A stretch of 64,000 nt of DNA from Octopus sinensis (lineage: Eukaryota), in contig NC_043007.1 of the NCBI RefSeq assembly GCF_006345805.1, forward strand, positions 53,630,001 to 53,694,000, read 5' to 3'. The first letter of the stretch is position 1; every line of letters begins with the position of its first letter. Shown piece after piece: positions 51,915 to 63,540 of the stretch. Position numbers and translations under genes: made by a program. The notes under the pieces are model-generated. The model searched no databases. It saw only the letters and a list, made by a program, of their open reading frames with translations, and was not told the origin of the DNA.

Positions 51915-52003
51915 TAAAATATATATATATAATATATAATATATGTATATAAAATATATATATATATATATAATATATGTATATATAATGTATATAAAAT
52001 ATA

Positions 52004-52171
52004 GGCGCAGGAGTGGCTGTGTAAGTAGCTTGCTTATCAACCACATGGTACTGGGTTCAGTCCCACTGCGTGATATCTTAAGCAAGTGTCTTCTACTATA
52101 GCCTCAGGCCGACCAAAGCCTTGTGAGTGGATTTGGTAGACAGAAACTGAAAGAAGCCCATCGTATATATG

Positions 52172-52202
<31 letters not shown>

Positions 52203-52410
52203 ATGTTTGTGTGTCTGTGTTTGTCACCCTAGCATTGCTTGACAACCGATGCTGGTGTGTTCACGTCGCCGTTACTTAGCGGTTTGGCAAAAGAGACTGA
52301 TAGAATAAGTACTGGGCTTACAAAAAATAAGTCCCAGGGTCGATTTGCTTGACTAAAGGCGGTGCTCCAGCATGGCCGCAGTCAAATGACTGAAACAAGT
52401 AAAGAGTAAA
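52004..52410 (+). mobile_element. SINE family B, full length
   Basis: Reverse complement of 3884-4283. Confidence 0.9.
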
Positions 52411-52685
52411 TATATATATATATATATATTGGTAAAAACGGTAAGATAATAAAAGAAAGAAAGAGACCTCAATATTATGTAAATAGAGGAAATTTTACGT
52501 GTTTACTTTTAATTTTATATAAGTAGCAGAATTATAACACAGTAATTTCCCTTTATATAACGGTATCTTTTCAGATGGCCAGATAACCGAAGAGATGGTG
52601 TTGTGGATTTCCACTTCGGCATCTGAAACTCAGAGTTTTATCTTGACTATTGAGTAATTGTAACATATTATTTTATATATATATA

Positions 52686-52730
<45 letters not shown>

Positions 52731-52764
52731 AATATAATATAATATATATATAAATATACATACA

Positions 52765-53520
52765 TAAGTCAGTGAGGGACCTGGGTATCAACATGAGTGA
52801 TGATACCTCTTTCCAAGTGCACATTACCAGGATGGCGACAAAGTGCAAACGACTGGCTGGATGGATCCTAAGAACATTCAGAACCAGAGATAAGGAAACC
52901 ATGATGGTCCTCTGGCGGACATTTGTCCTCAGCCACCTGGATTACTGCTCACAGCTATGGTTACCCACCAGTGTGAAATTAACAGCAGACCTTGAAGCAA
53001 TCCAGAGAAGATTCACAAAGAAGATCATCTCTTTGCAACAGCTCAGCTACTGGGAAAGTTTTAAACAGCTAAGACTCTACTCCCTGGAGAGAAGACGGGC
53101 GAGGTATGCAGTAATATATATCTGGAAGATCCTGGAAGGAATTTGCCAAATTTTAGCATTGAAAGCTACACAAATGCCATAATGGGACGACACTGCATAG
53201 TGCCAGCAATGACATCACACTTCAGGACCAGTTACTGCAACAGCCTGGGTTTCAAGGGCCCACAGCTTTTTAATATTCTCCCAAAGGAACTTGCACAAAG
53301 TAGATGTAGCGGTTTTTAAATCAAAGCTGGACCTCTTCCTCTCGAGAGTCCCAGATGAACCTACCTCACGGCAAGAGGTGCAAATGAGGGTAGCTATATC
53401 AAACTCCATTCTTCACCAAGTGCTACATATTAGAGGAGTCTCTTAGTAATAACAGTGTAGCACAAAATGGTGGTGCATCAGCATGGCTGCAGCTCTGAAC
53501 TGAGACTAGAAGAAAAATAT
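52765..53520 (+). mobile_element. CR1-like LINE 3' end
   Basis: RDLGI, LDYCSQLW, EAIQRRFTK, LYSLERRR, FKSKLDLFL, then 3' UTR. Confidence 0.9.
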
Positions 53521-53524
53521 ATAC

Positions 53525-54605
53525 TTTTGGCCCAAACATAGACAGCTCTATTATGTTGTGATCTGAGACTAATGTCGGTGTCATTTTCACATCATGAATG
53601 ATGTCCATATTGTTCGTGAAGCAGAGATCCAGAATGTTATTCGCCCTAGTTAGTCTGAGTACAGCTTGGTCCATGAATAGGGCATTGGTGAGGTTGAGCA
53701 GGGACTCCACCTGTGCTTGCTTGCAATGAGTCATTCCGGCGAGTATGAGACCTTCGGGCCATTTGACGTTGGGGAAGTTGAAATCACCCATAAGAAATAT
53801 GGTCACGTGGTGTTCCACATGCATGAGGATTTCTTTAATTCTTGTGAGGCAATCTTCAAACTTGACTATGTGGTTTGGGGCATCCGGTGGGCAATATGTA
53901 TTGCATATGACTATATTATGTTGTCTTATGTATACAATTAGAGTGTCACATACCGAATTTGAGAATGCCAGTAAGACCTGGGGTGTGAGGTCATCAAGGA
54001 TGTATACAACAACTCCACCATGGCTCCTTTCCTTTCTGTCTGTTCGCAGTATGGCATAGTTTGGTATTTGTACTTCTGCGTCCTCTATATCAGGGCTGAA
54101 GTGAGTTTCCACGAGTGCTATGCGTAGGGCTTGATTGCACGCAGTAAGATCTCTCAGGAAAGAAATTTTGTTTCTATTTTGATGCAACAGGCCCCCAATA
54201 TTTAGTAAAGGTATTGGGGTGACGGCTATGCAGGCGTTAGGGGAGGCCATCCCGTGTCTATTGACTGTGGTGGTCTTGCATAATGGTGGGCAGGGTTCCT
54301 TCTCCATGCTTGGTGTAGCCAGGTTAGTTGCCGGACAATTCTTTGCACCATGCATAAAAAAGACTCTTGCTCAGCTGCTGCGTTGCGCAGAACATCTGAG
54401 GAGTGCACTTCTTTTCTGAAAGTTTTCCTGGGAGACATTTCTTGTCTTCCCTCAGTAAAGCTCTTCTCTTTGAGTCTCTGTAGTTCTGGCGGGGTGTCGG
54501 GTGGGCGAACCGGCAGTTTTTGCCGTCCTCACCATGCCAACATTTGCCCCGCAGGTAGAATTTACAGGTTCTTCGGTGCCTTCCAGATTTCTTCTTTCCT
54601 GAAGT
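53525..54605 (-). pseudogene. CR1-like ORF1 end + APE endonuclease fragment
   Basis: LLNIGGLL, LVETHF, RTDRKERSHGGV, MGDFNFP, LDLCFTN, SDHN. Confidence 0.9.
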
Positions 54606-54664
54606 GTACTGGGTGGCATTGGATCGTCCATGGGGTTCTCTGCTGTTTGTGTGGTGGGTTACAC

Positions 54665-54870
54665 TTTCAGCACACTCACTTGATCACTACTCACTTGGTC
54701 ACCTAGGTAATGGAAGCTATCAACTACTTCTAGTTTTTCTCCCTGGAATGTGGCGGAAGTTGTTCTCTGTACATTTTTAGTGTTTATTGCTCCTGAGCAT
54801 CTGCCAAATACAAAAACTATCTTCCCAATTAGCCTTCCTTTGATATTGCTGCACCTATGTGTCCATATAC
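54665..54870 (-). pseudogene. RTE fragment
   Basis: THRCSNIKGRL..QGEKLEVVDSFHYLGD. Confidence 0.8.
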
Positions 54871-54949
54871 ATATATATATTTCATTTTTGGATTTGGCTG
54901 GCAAGATTCTTTATGTGAATTCATGTGCTGAAGCAAATTTTATTGTGCC

Positions 54950-55470
54950 TGGGCAGAGTCATTCTCTTTTAGTGCCTTATTATTTAACACACTCACCGGT
55001 TCAATTTCCACTAATTTACTTATTTATTTCTCTATTGTTTCTGTGTGTGCATGTGTGTGAGTGAGTGTGTGTGTGTGCATGCATATATGTATGTATGCAT
55101 GTATGGGTGTGTGTATGCATATGTATATGACTAATTATGCATTCTCCATATTCATGTGTCTATGTGTTTGTATGTGTGTGGGTGTGTTTGCATGTATGTA
55201 TGTGTATGCATTTGTGTGTGTACCTCTGTCTCTTTGTGTGTGCTTGTATGAGTGTGTCTGTGTATGAGTTTTTTGTGACTGTACGTGCATCTGTTGTGTA
55301 TAGATGTATGTCTCCATACATGTCCTTGTGTGAAGTGTGCATGTGTGTATATGGTCGTGTGCTTCAGTCTTTTTTGCATACGTGTGTGTGCATGTGTATT
55401 TGCCCCTGTTACCTATGTGCCTATCTATCTGTATGTCTATATGTTTACATTCATATCCATTTACCTATAT
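54950..55470 (+). repeat. Dispersed repeat, inverted diverged copy at 58925-59520
   Basis: Shared non-microsatellite anchors, e.g. GAGTCATTCTCTTTTAGTGCCTTA and GGTCGTGTGCTTCAGTCTTTTTTGCATAC. Confidence 0.75.
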
Positions 55471-55475
55471 ATATA

Positions 55476-55859
55476 TCTCTATATATAAACGGCAGTTTGT
55501 CTGTGCGTGTTTCTGTGTGTCTGTTTGCTTGTACCCTCACCCTGACCACGGCTTTCAACCGATTCTGATGAAACTTGACACACACATAGCCCAATGTCAT
55601 AATTCAAAACTAACGCAGCCAAAATTTTGAAAAGTTCCCCCAGTTCTGAAAAAAATCGATAAATTCGACATGGGGTCGAGAATCAGAAACACGAACAACA
55701 AACTGTCTAGGGGACGCAACTCCATCCTTTTTTAACTCTCAAAAAAAAATTTACCATCATTTTTTTCCATTTTTTTGCTATTTTTTGGCTATAACTCTCT
55801 AAAAATGCTTTATAGTTATTTCCCTTACAAACCTGAGCAACGCCGGGCGATACTGCTAG
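55476..55859 (+). mobile_element. Complete non-autonomous Helitron (~385 bp)
   Basis: A|TCTCTATATATAAACGGCAG; first ~210 bp shared with 50497; GAGCAACGCCGGGCGATACTGCTAG|T end. Confidence 0.9.
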
Positions 55860-55863
55860 TAGG

Positions 55864-55937
<74 letters not shown>

Positions 55938-55968
55938 CATATATATACATATATATATACACATACAT

Positions 55969-55999
<31 letters not shown>

Positions 56000-56094
56000 C
56001 ATACACACACACACATATATATATATATACATATATATATATGTATATACATATATATGCATACACACACACACACACATACATATGTCTGTAT

Positions 56095-57000
56095 AACAGT
56101 CTTACCTGTGGATATTGGGGTGTGACTATCTACTACGTACACTTCCTATTTAGTACTGGGGATATTTAATTTATGAGGATGTACTCCTGTATTTATCTGA
56201 GTGTTGAGTCCTTCGGGTGCTTGGATAAAATGCGGGTGTCAAGTATGGAGGACTATTTTTTGTTGTCATATTGTCTCAAATGTTCATTTGGTCTCTCTGC
56301 AATGCTCCTAGCTGTTTCACCTATGTATATCATGTTCTTGTCTTTACAAGCGCCTATGTCTATGCATCTAATATTGTAGACTACATTTCTAGTTCTACAG
56401 TTAATGCCAGGGTTAATCTTACATGCCATGCAGTTATCATTGATGCATGTGGTATTCTCAAAAGGGTACGTTCTACAGAGTTGTGATCTGATGGAGCTCC
56501 CTGGCTTTTCAACAACTTTATGTTGAGTTTGGCCTCCTTCAATGCTTTCCTAAATCTACAGGCTGGTTCTCCATGGGCTGTGACCACTACAAACATCACT
56601 CCTTCATATTTGATTTTTTTTCTTGTACCATGTGTTCACCCTGTTTTCTTTGTCACAAACTCTTTGTATTCTATTCCAGTCTTTACTTCTATATCTAGGG
56701 CAGGTTCCACTGGTTCCATTACATATAATGCTATCTAACTTTTTCTAGCACCCCTGTATAACTGAACCATATCTTTCTGATCATATCCAGAGAATTGCAT
56801 GTGGTGCATGAAGTTCTGCCAAATGCCAAACCACCAGCATGGAAACACATTGGGTCAAGTTGACATTTGCATTTTATCCAAGCACCCGAAGGACTCAACA
56901 CTCAGACAAATACAGGAGTATGTCCTCATAAATGAAACATCCCCAGTATTAAATAGAAAAATATGCAGTAGGTATCCTACCCCAATACCCACAGTTTATA
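56095..57000 (-). mobile_element. PLE (Neptune-like) linker + GIY-YIG remnant with inverted copy of its 3' end
   Basis: IKVVEKPGSSIRSQL..NCRTRNVVYNIRC..IYIGETARSIAERPNEH; 56855-57000 is a diverged inversion of 56095-56245. Confidence 0.75.
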
Positions 57001-57075
57001 TATATACAGGTGGAGTAATTAGCAGGCTGTTATGTGTGTACATATAAGCATATATATATGTGTGGGTGTGTATAC

Positions 57076-58322
57076 ATCATCATCATCATCATCGTTTAGC
57101 ATCCGCTTTCCATGCTGGCATGGGTTGGACTGTTCAACTGGGGTCTGGGAAGCCAGAAGGCTGCACCAGGCCCAGTCTGATCTGGCAATGTTTCTACGGC
57201 TGGATGCCCTTCCTAACGCCAACCACTCCATGAGTGTAGTGGGTGCTCTTTACGTGCCACTGGCACAGGTGCCAGACGAGGCTGGCAAACACCCACGATC
57301 GAATGGTGCCTTTTACGTGCCACCGGCATGGAGGCCAGGCCAGGCTGGCAATGGCCACGATCGTATGATGCTTTTTACGTTCCACTGGCACGGAGGCAGT
57401 CGGGGCGGCGCTGGCAATGGCCACGTTCGGATGGTTCTCTTATGTGCCACCAACACTGGTATCTCAGCTACGATTTCCATTGATGTTGATTGATTTTGAT
57501 TTGATTTTGTTTTTCATTTGCCTCAACAGGTCTTCACAAGTAGAGTTTTGTGTCCCAAGAAGGAAAGGTATGCATAAGTGGACTGAGGCCACAGGTTATG
57601 GCATCACTTGACCTGCCGGGTCTTCTCACGCACAGCATACTTCCATAGGTCTCTGTCTCTAGTCATTTCCTCGGGGAGACCTAAAGTTCGAAGGTTGTGC
57701 TTCACCACCTTGTCCCAGGTTTTCCTGGGTCTACCTCTTCCACAGGTTCCCTCAACCGCTAGGAATTGGCACTTTTTCATACACCTATCTTCATCCATTC
57801 TCACCACATGACCATACCAGCGCAAACGTCTCTCTTGCACACCACAACTGATGCTTCTTAGGTCCAACTTTTCTCTCAAGGTACTTACACTCTGTCGAGT
57901 ATGAATGCTGACATTACACATCCATCGGAGCTTACAGGCTTCATTTCTTGCGAGCTTACGCATATCCTCAGCAGTCATGGCCCATGTTTCACTGCCATGT
58001 AGCATGGCTGTTCGTACACATGCGTCATACAGTCTGCCTTTTACTCTGGGCGAGAGTCCCTAGCAGAGGTAAGAGCTCTCTGAACTTTGCCCAGGCTATT
58101 CTTACTCTAGCAGTTACACTTTCAGCACACCCGCCCCCGCTGCTGACTTGGTCACCTAGGAAACGGAAGCTATCAACTATTTCTAGTTTTTCTCCCTGGA
58201 ATGTAGCGGAAGTTGGTCTCTGCGCATTTTCAGTGTTTATTGCTCCTGAGCATCTGCCACATACAAAAACTATCTTCCCAGTGCACCTCTTATGTGTCCA
58301 TAGCTTACACTTGGTGCATCTT
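57076..58322 (-). mobile_element. 5'-truncated RTE LINE
   Basis: LGDQVSSGGGC, WAKFRELLPLL, MLHGSETWA, GRGRPRKTW, (GAT)n tail. Confidence 0.92.
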
Positions 58323-58380
<58 letters not shown>

Positions 58381-58400
58381 ATGCATATATATATATAATA

Positions 58401-58512
58401 TTGGCCTGCTCGCTTAGCCAGCGGGGTGGCGTCATTCGAAGGCTAAAAGAATGTGAACGCATTGTGACCAGCGATGTGTAACAACATCTGATGGTCTGAT
58501 CGGTCACGTGAT

Positions 58513-58520
<8 letters not shown>
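58401..58520 (+). mobile_element. Tail-only copy of SINE A tail type 3
   Basis: Matches 34194-34306. Confidence 0.8.
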
Positions 58521-58543
<23 letters not shown>

Positions 58544-58610
58544 AAATCAGGGTGAATACTTGATAATTGTAAGCACCTGTATATACCATTTGGTGGTGTA
58601 GGTGGTAGAA

Positions 58611-58922
58611 TATATTAATCAAAATAAAAACATGATGCCAAGGATTCAGCGGTACATATGTTTCGGGCCTTTATTAGACGGATTTATAACAATGCATAAT
58701 GTGTGTCTATGGCCTTCTTCAGCTGCACACAATTACTACTTCAAGGACATGTATCCCCAACGTAGAATCTATGATGTAATACATGTCCTTGAAGTAGTAA
58801 TTGTGCGCAGCTGAAGAAGGCCATAGACACACATTATGCATTGTTATAAATCCGTCTAATAAAGGCCCGAAACATATGTACCGCTGAATCCTTGGCATCA
58901 TATTTTTATTTTGATTAATATA
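58611..58922. repeat. Near-perfect palindrome (144-bp arms, 24-bp spacer) with hammerhead-like motifs (58647-58725 -, 58808-58886 +)
   Basis: Two mismatches seen between arms; CTGAAGA-A-GGCC..GGCCC-GAAA-CATATG-TA; stem I imperfect. Confidence 0.9.
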
Positions 58923-59340
58923 TATATATGTATATGCATATATATGAAGGTAAATAGATATGAATGTAAACAGACAGACAAACAGATAGACAGGTCCATA
59001 GGTAATATGGGCAAACACACATGTATGCAAAAAAGACTGAAGCACACGACCATATATACACATGCACACTTCACACAAGAACACATATGGAGACACACAG
59101 CCATACATAACAGATGCATGTACATAGTCACAAAAAACCTGTATACAGACACACTCAGACATGCACACATAAGGAGACAGTACATACACAAATACATACA
59201 CACACACACATACAAACACACAAGCACACAAACATACAGAAGACATGCATATAGTCATACACACATACATAGATATGTATATGCATACACACACACATAC
59301 ATGCATACATACATATGTGTATGTGCATGCACACTGACTC

Positions 59341-59862
59341 ACACACATGTACACAAACAAACAATAAGAACGCAGCTTGGATAATGAACAGAGTCAATGA
59401 CTATTGGAAAGTTTGCAAGATGCAATGAAAATTTTTGAAAAAAATAAATAAATGAGTGGAAATTAAACCAGTGAGTACATTAAAAAATAAGGCACTAAAA
59501 GAGAATGACTCTCCCCAACGCAATAATATATATATCTATTAATAATAATAATAATAAAACATTGTGTACAGTGCTCAGGTGCACTACAACTCATCTAAAG
59601 TGTATGTATAGATGAGTTGTAGTGCACCTGAGCACTGTACACAATGTTTTATTATTATTATTATTAATAGATATATTATTGCGTCTGGGGAGAGTCATTC
59701 TCTTTTAGTGCCTTATTTTTTAATGTACTCACTGGTTTAATTTCCACTCATTTATTTATTTTTTTCTAAAACTTTCATTGCGTCTTGCAAACTTTCCAAT
59801 AGTCATTGACTCTGTTCATTATCCAAGCTGCGTTCTTATTGTTTGTTTGTGTACATGTGTGT
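59341..59862. repeat. Near-perfect palindrome (~255-bp arms, ~13-bp spacer)
   Basis: Arms 59341-59596 and 59610-59862. Confidence 0.95.
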
Positions 59863-59924
59863 GTGTATGCATATACATATCTATGCATGTGTGTATGACT
59901 ATACAAGCGTCAGGAAAAGAACAG

Positions 59925-62900
59925 TGCATGAGTCATGACATACACATATGTGTATGAGTATGGAAGGGGGACAATCATGTGTTGTTTCGGCGGATTTCGG
60001 AAAGCATGAGGGCCTTAAAGGATGCAGTGTCATGGCAGTCAACAACTGACGCAGGCAGTTTGTTCCATGCTTCAGCAACTCTGAGTGTGAAAAAATGTTT
60101 CCGAAAGTCATGGGAGCTGTGCTGTTTGCTGACTTTGTAGGCATGTCCACGTGTGTTGGACACATAGAGATCAAAAAGGTGTTCAGTGTTGTTGTTGGTG
60201 AGGTGGTTGATAACTTTGTGGGTGTTTACCAAGTCCATCGCCAGACGCCGGAGCTACAGTGAATCCATGCCCAGGGAAACAAGGCGCTCAGAGTATGGTA
60301 GGTGTCTGATGGAGGGTATGTGTTTGATTGCACACCTCTGAACAGATTCCAGGAGGCCAATGTTCTGAGAAAGATAGGGGTTCCAAACTGATGATGCGAA
60401 TTCCAAGTGTGGTCGTACCATAGCTGTATACAGCTTTAAATGGATGGCTGGAGAGCGGCTAACAAAAGTCTTGCTGAGTGATGCCAAGACACCCTTGGCC
60501 TTCTTGACAATTTTAGAGATATGCTTTGTCCAACGCAAATCACTGCTGACAGTGATGCCTAGGTCACGCTCGCAAGAGGATTTCTTGATATCAGTGTTGT
60601 GGAGGGAGTATGTGGACGCAGGGTTTTTTCTCCCAAAATGCATGGTGGTACACTTGTCCACAGCCAGTTTCAGTTGCCAGTCTGATCCATTGCTGCATTG
60701 TGTCCAGGTTTGATAGCAGGAAAGAGTTGTAGACATCAGGATCTGTCCTCTTGATTTCAAGGTACAGCTTGATGTCGTCTGCATATTTCAATACTGTGGC
60801 ATTCTTTAAATTGGCATCTATGTCATTAATGTATGCCACAAACAAGAGGGGACCAAGAACAGATCCCTGTGGTACACCCGATGACATCTCATATGATGTA
60901 GAATGCTGTCCTAGAACTGTGACTACCTCCTTTCGGCTTAGAATGAAGGATTTCAACCAGTTAAAAAGATCATCCCTCACACCCATTGCAGAGAGTTTCA
61001 CCATAAGCCTTTTGTGTGGCACAGAATTAAAAGCCTTAGCAAAGTCAAGGTAGACAACATCCACCCATGAGCCACTGTCAGTGATCTGAGTAATGTCCTC
61101 AAGGAACTCGACAAGCTGATCACTGCAGCTGGAGTTAGGGACAAATCCATATTGTGAGGGTCGGATGAGACTGTGAGAGCTCCAGAAGTTCCAAAGTGTT
61201 TCTCTGACACACGATTCCATCAGTTTTGCAATATAGCTAGTGAGACTGACTGGGCGATAGTTGACAGGTGATGTGCGGTCACCCTTTTTGAACAGAGGAA
61301 TGACACTGGTGGTTTTCCACTGCTCCGGAGTAGCACCATTGTTGAGACAGTACTGGAAAAAATAGAAAGCTGGTGTAAAAGGAAGTACCTGCCACGTTTG
61401 AGAAGCAGGTATGTAATGCCATCAAGACCAGGGGAGGCATAGTTGCGCTTAGTTTGAAGGTGACGTCGCAACATTGCAGGTGTAAATTCCATAGTTGTTA
61501 TGGAATTTGCTGTTAGAGATGGTGAAGATGGTACATTTTGATTTTCAACAGTGAATATGCTTGCATAGCACTCGGCAATGAGTTCTGCACATTCCTTGGG
61601 ATCGTCAGTGATCTGGCTTGTGTGAGGGTTGCGAAGAGGGCCCACTGGAGAGTGAGGTCTCTGCTTTGAATGCACATATTTCCAGAAAACCTTGCTGTCA
61701 GGATTGGCTGCTGCACTGTTCAAATTCAAGTACTGCTTTTTTTGTCACTTTATTCCAACTCTGTGGCCAATGGAAGGTTTCCCAATTGATCTCAGGATGA
61801 TTGAAGTCGCCTGCAATAAAAACATAAGTGGCTGTTTTCCTGGCAGCAGCTCGGAGGATATCGCAAAGCTGTGTGTCTTGATGGTAATTTGGGGGACGAT
61901 AAACAGCGCCAAGCAGGAGTGTTGACATGGTCATACGTATGTCACAGAAAAAAACTTGTGATTCGTTCAAATCAGCACAAGGAATTACCGAAAAATTTGA
62001 ACGAATGTAGACCATCACACCACCACCACGGCGGTTAATGCAGTTCTTGCGGAAAAGGTTGTACCTAGAAATGTTGAAAACCCCATCACAGAGTAAGGAA
62101 TGTGCCCATGTTTCCATGACTGTGATGAAGTCAGGGTCAATACTTCTGACGTAGGAGTTGAACAGATGTATTTTGTTGCATAAACTGCGAGCAGTTAAGG
62201 ACAACAATTTGTACCCTGCTTGCAGTTTATGATGGTGTGTAGAGGATGGCAGGTTGTTCTGGTTTAGTTTCCCAGAGTTGCTGTAGTTTTTTTTCCATTT
62301 TCAGTTATTGTGGGTAGAGAGCACTCAGACCAGCTGGTATCTCTCTTCCACGTTTCACCAGTCTTAACAAATCTCCAGATTTGTCCATCCTCACGAAGAC
62401 TGAAACTTTCTTGCAGAGCTGAGTTCTGGTTCAGGGAAGCCACTACACGTAGCTTCGGATGTACATCGGGTGGTAAGCCTGGGCGTGTTCGGAAGGTAGT
62501 CCGATTTTCATGCCCAGCTTTAACTGAGGCCAGATGGTATGAGTTGCCTCAGCGTGGTCTGAAAAAGACAGCTTGATGAGCCTGGGTTTTGGGTCAGGTC
62601 GTCTAAGGCGGAGAGCACCCATTGGGGGAACGCAGCCTAGGTCTTTGGCTGAGTTGACAGCAAATGCCTGAAGATCAGCCATGTCTTCTGGTACCCCAAT
62701 GGCAATAACTTCGTGGGTAGCAGAATCCGCAGTCTCCTCAGTGTTTTTAGATGCGGCAAGAGGTACAGGGAGGTTCTTTAGCAGAACATTCCGATAAGAC
62801 CCCTCATTGTGGAGTCCTACCTGAATGCTTGCTTTTATTCCTGCTACTTCCCCTCTTAAAGCACAAATCGATTGTTGCAGTTCTGCAAGAACCGCACTGG

Positions 62901-63540
62901 TCAATTGGTGTTGTTGTTGTTGTTGCTGCTACTACTGTAGTTGTGGTTGATTTTGTTGTTGCTGCTGTTGCTGTTCCACCTCCTCCACGGGAGTGGCAGG
63001 GGGAGACACAATCGTCGGTTGTGGAGGCACGCAGGCCTGACACTGAAAAGACCAAGATTTAAGCTGGACCATCTTCCAGAGTCCATCCATCATAGCATTA
63101 TGATGGCTCTTTTTTTGGCCTGGGATCTTCTGAAAGTCTGTGGCACATTGGAGGCAGACAGAGATGAGACATGTCCCACATTCGACCCAGCGATTACGGA
63201 ACGTATTTTCGGGTTCCGTACAGATGTGGCAGGTGTGATTTTCTGGGCAGTGTTCTATTTTGGAGCAGCGACCAGTCTTATCGCACTCCACTATGGATTC
63301 CACCATGGCGATTTTGTTGCTTTTGCTCATCCGTAGAGACAGAAAATGTAAACAACAATACGATAAAAGTAAAATATTTGTTTTTGATTTGTTCTTTTTT
63401 TTATGGGTACTTGTATCGCAGAGTGGTCCCGGTTGCGCCCACGCGGATTCACGCGTGCCAGACGTAGGTACTCGATGCTCGAGATCCTACGAGGCGACTT
63501 GCGCATGCGCTGTGCGTGATTCACACATGCGCGTTACAAC
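59925..63540 (-). mobile_element. Second CR1-like LINE family, near full length (PHD-type ORF1, APE EN, RT), decayed
   Basis: ORF1 CHIC..VECGTCLISVCLQC..FQCQAC; EN YRPP, AGDFNHP; RT NYRPVSL, QYGF, YLDFAKAFNSVPH, SGVPQGSVLGPLLF, YADDIKL, ERDLGI, RPHLEFAS, RVAEAWNKLP. Confidence 0.92.

Larger units (their letters stand above)
50291..51918. mobile_element. Rearranged pLTR-like complex with two overlapping inverted duplications
   Basis: 50291-50425 is inverted at 51432-51566; (50415-50496 + 51288-51431) is inverted at 51692-51918. Confidence 0.75.
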
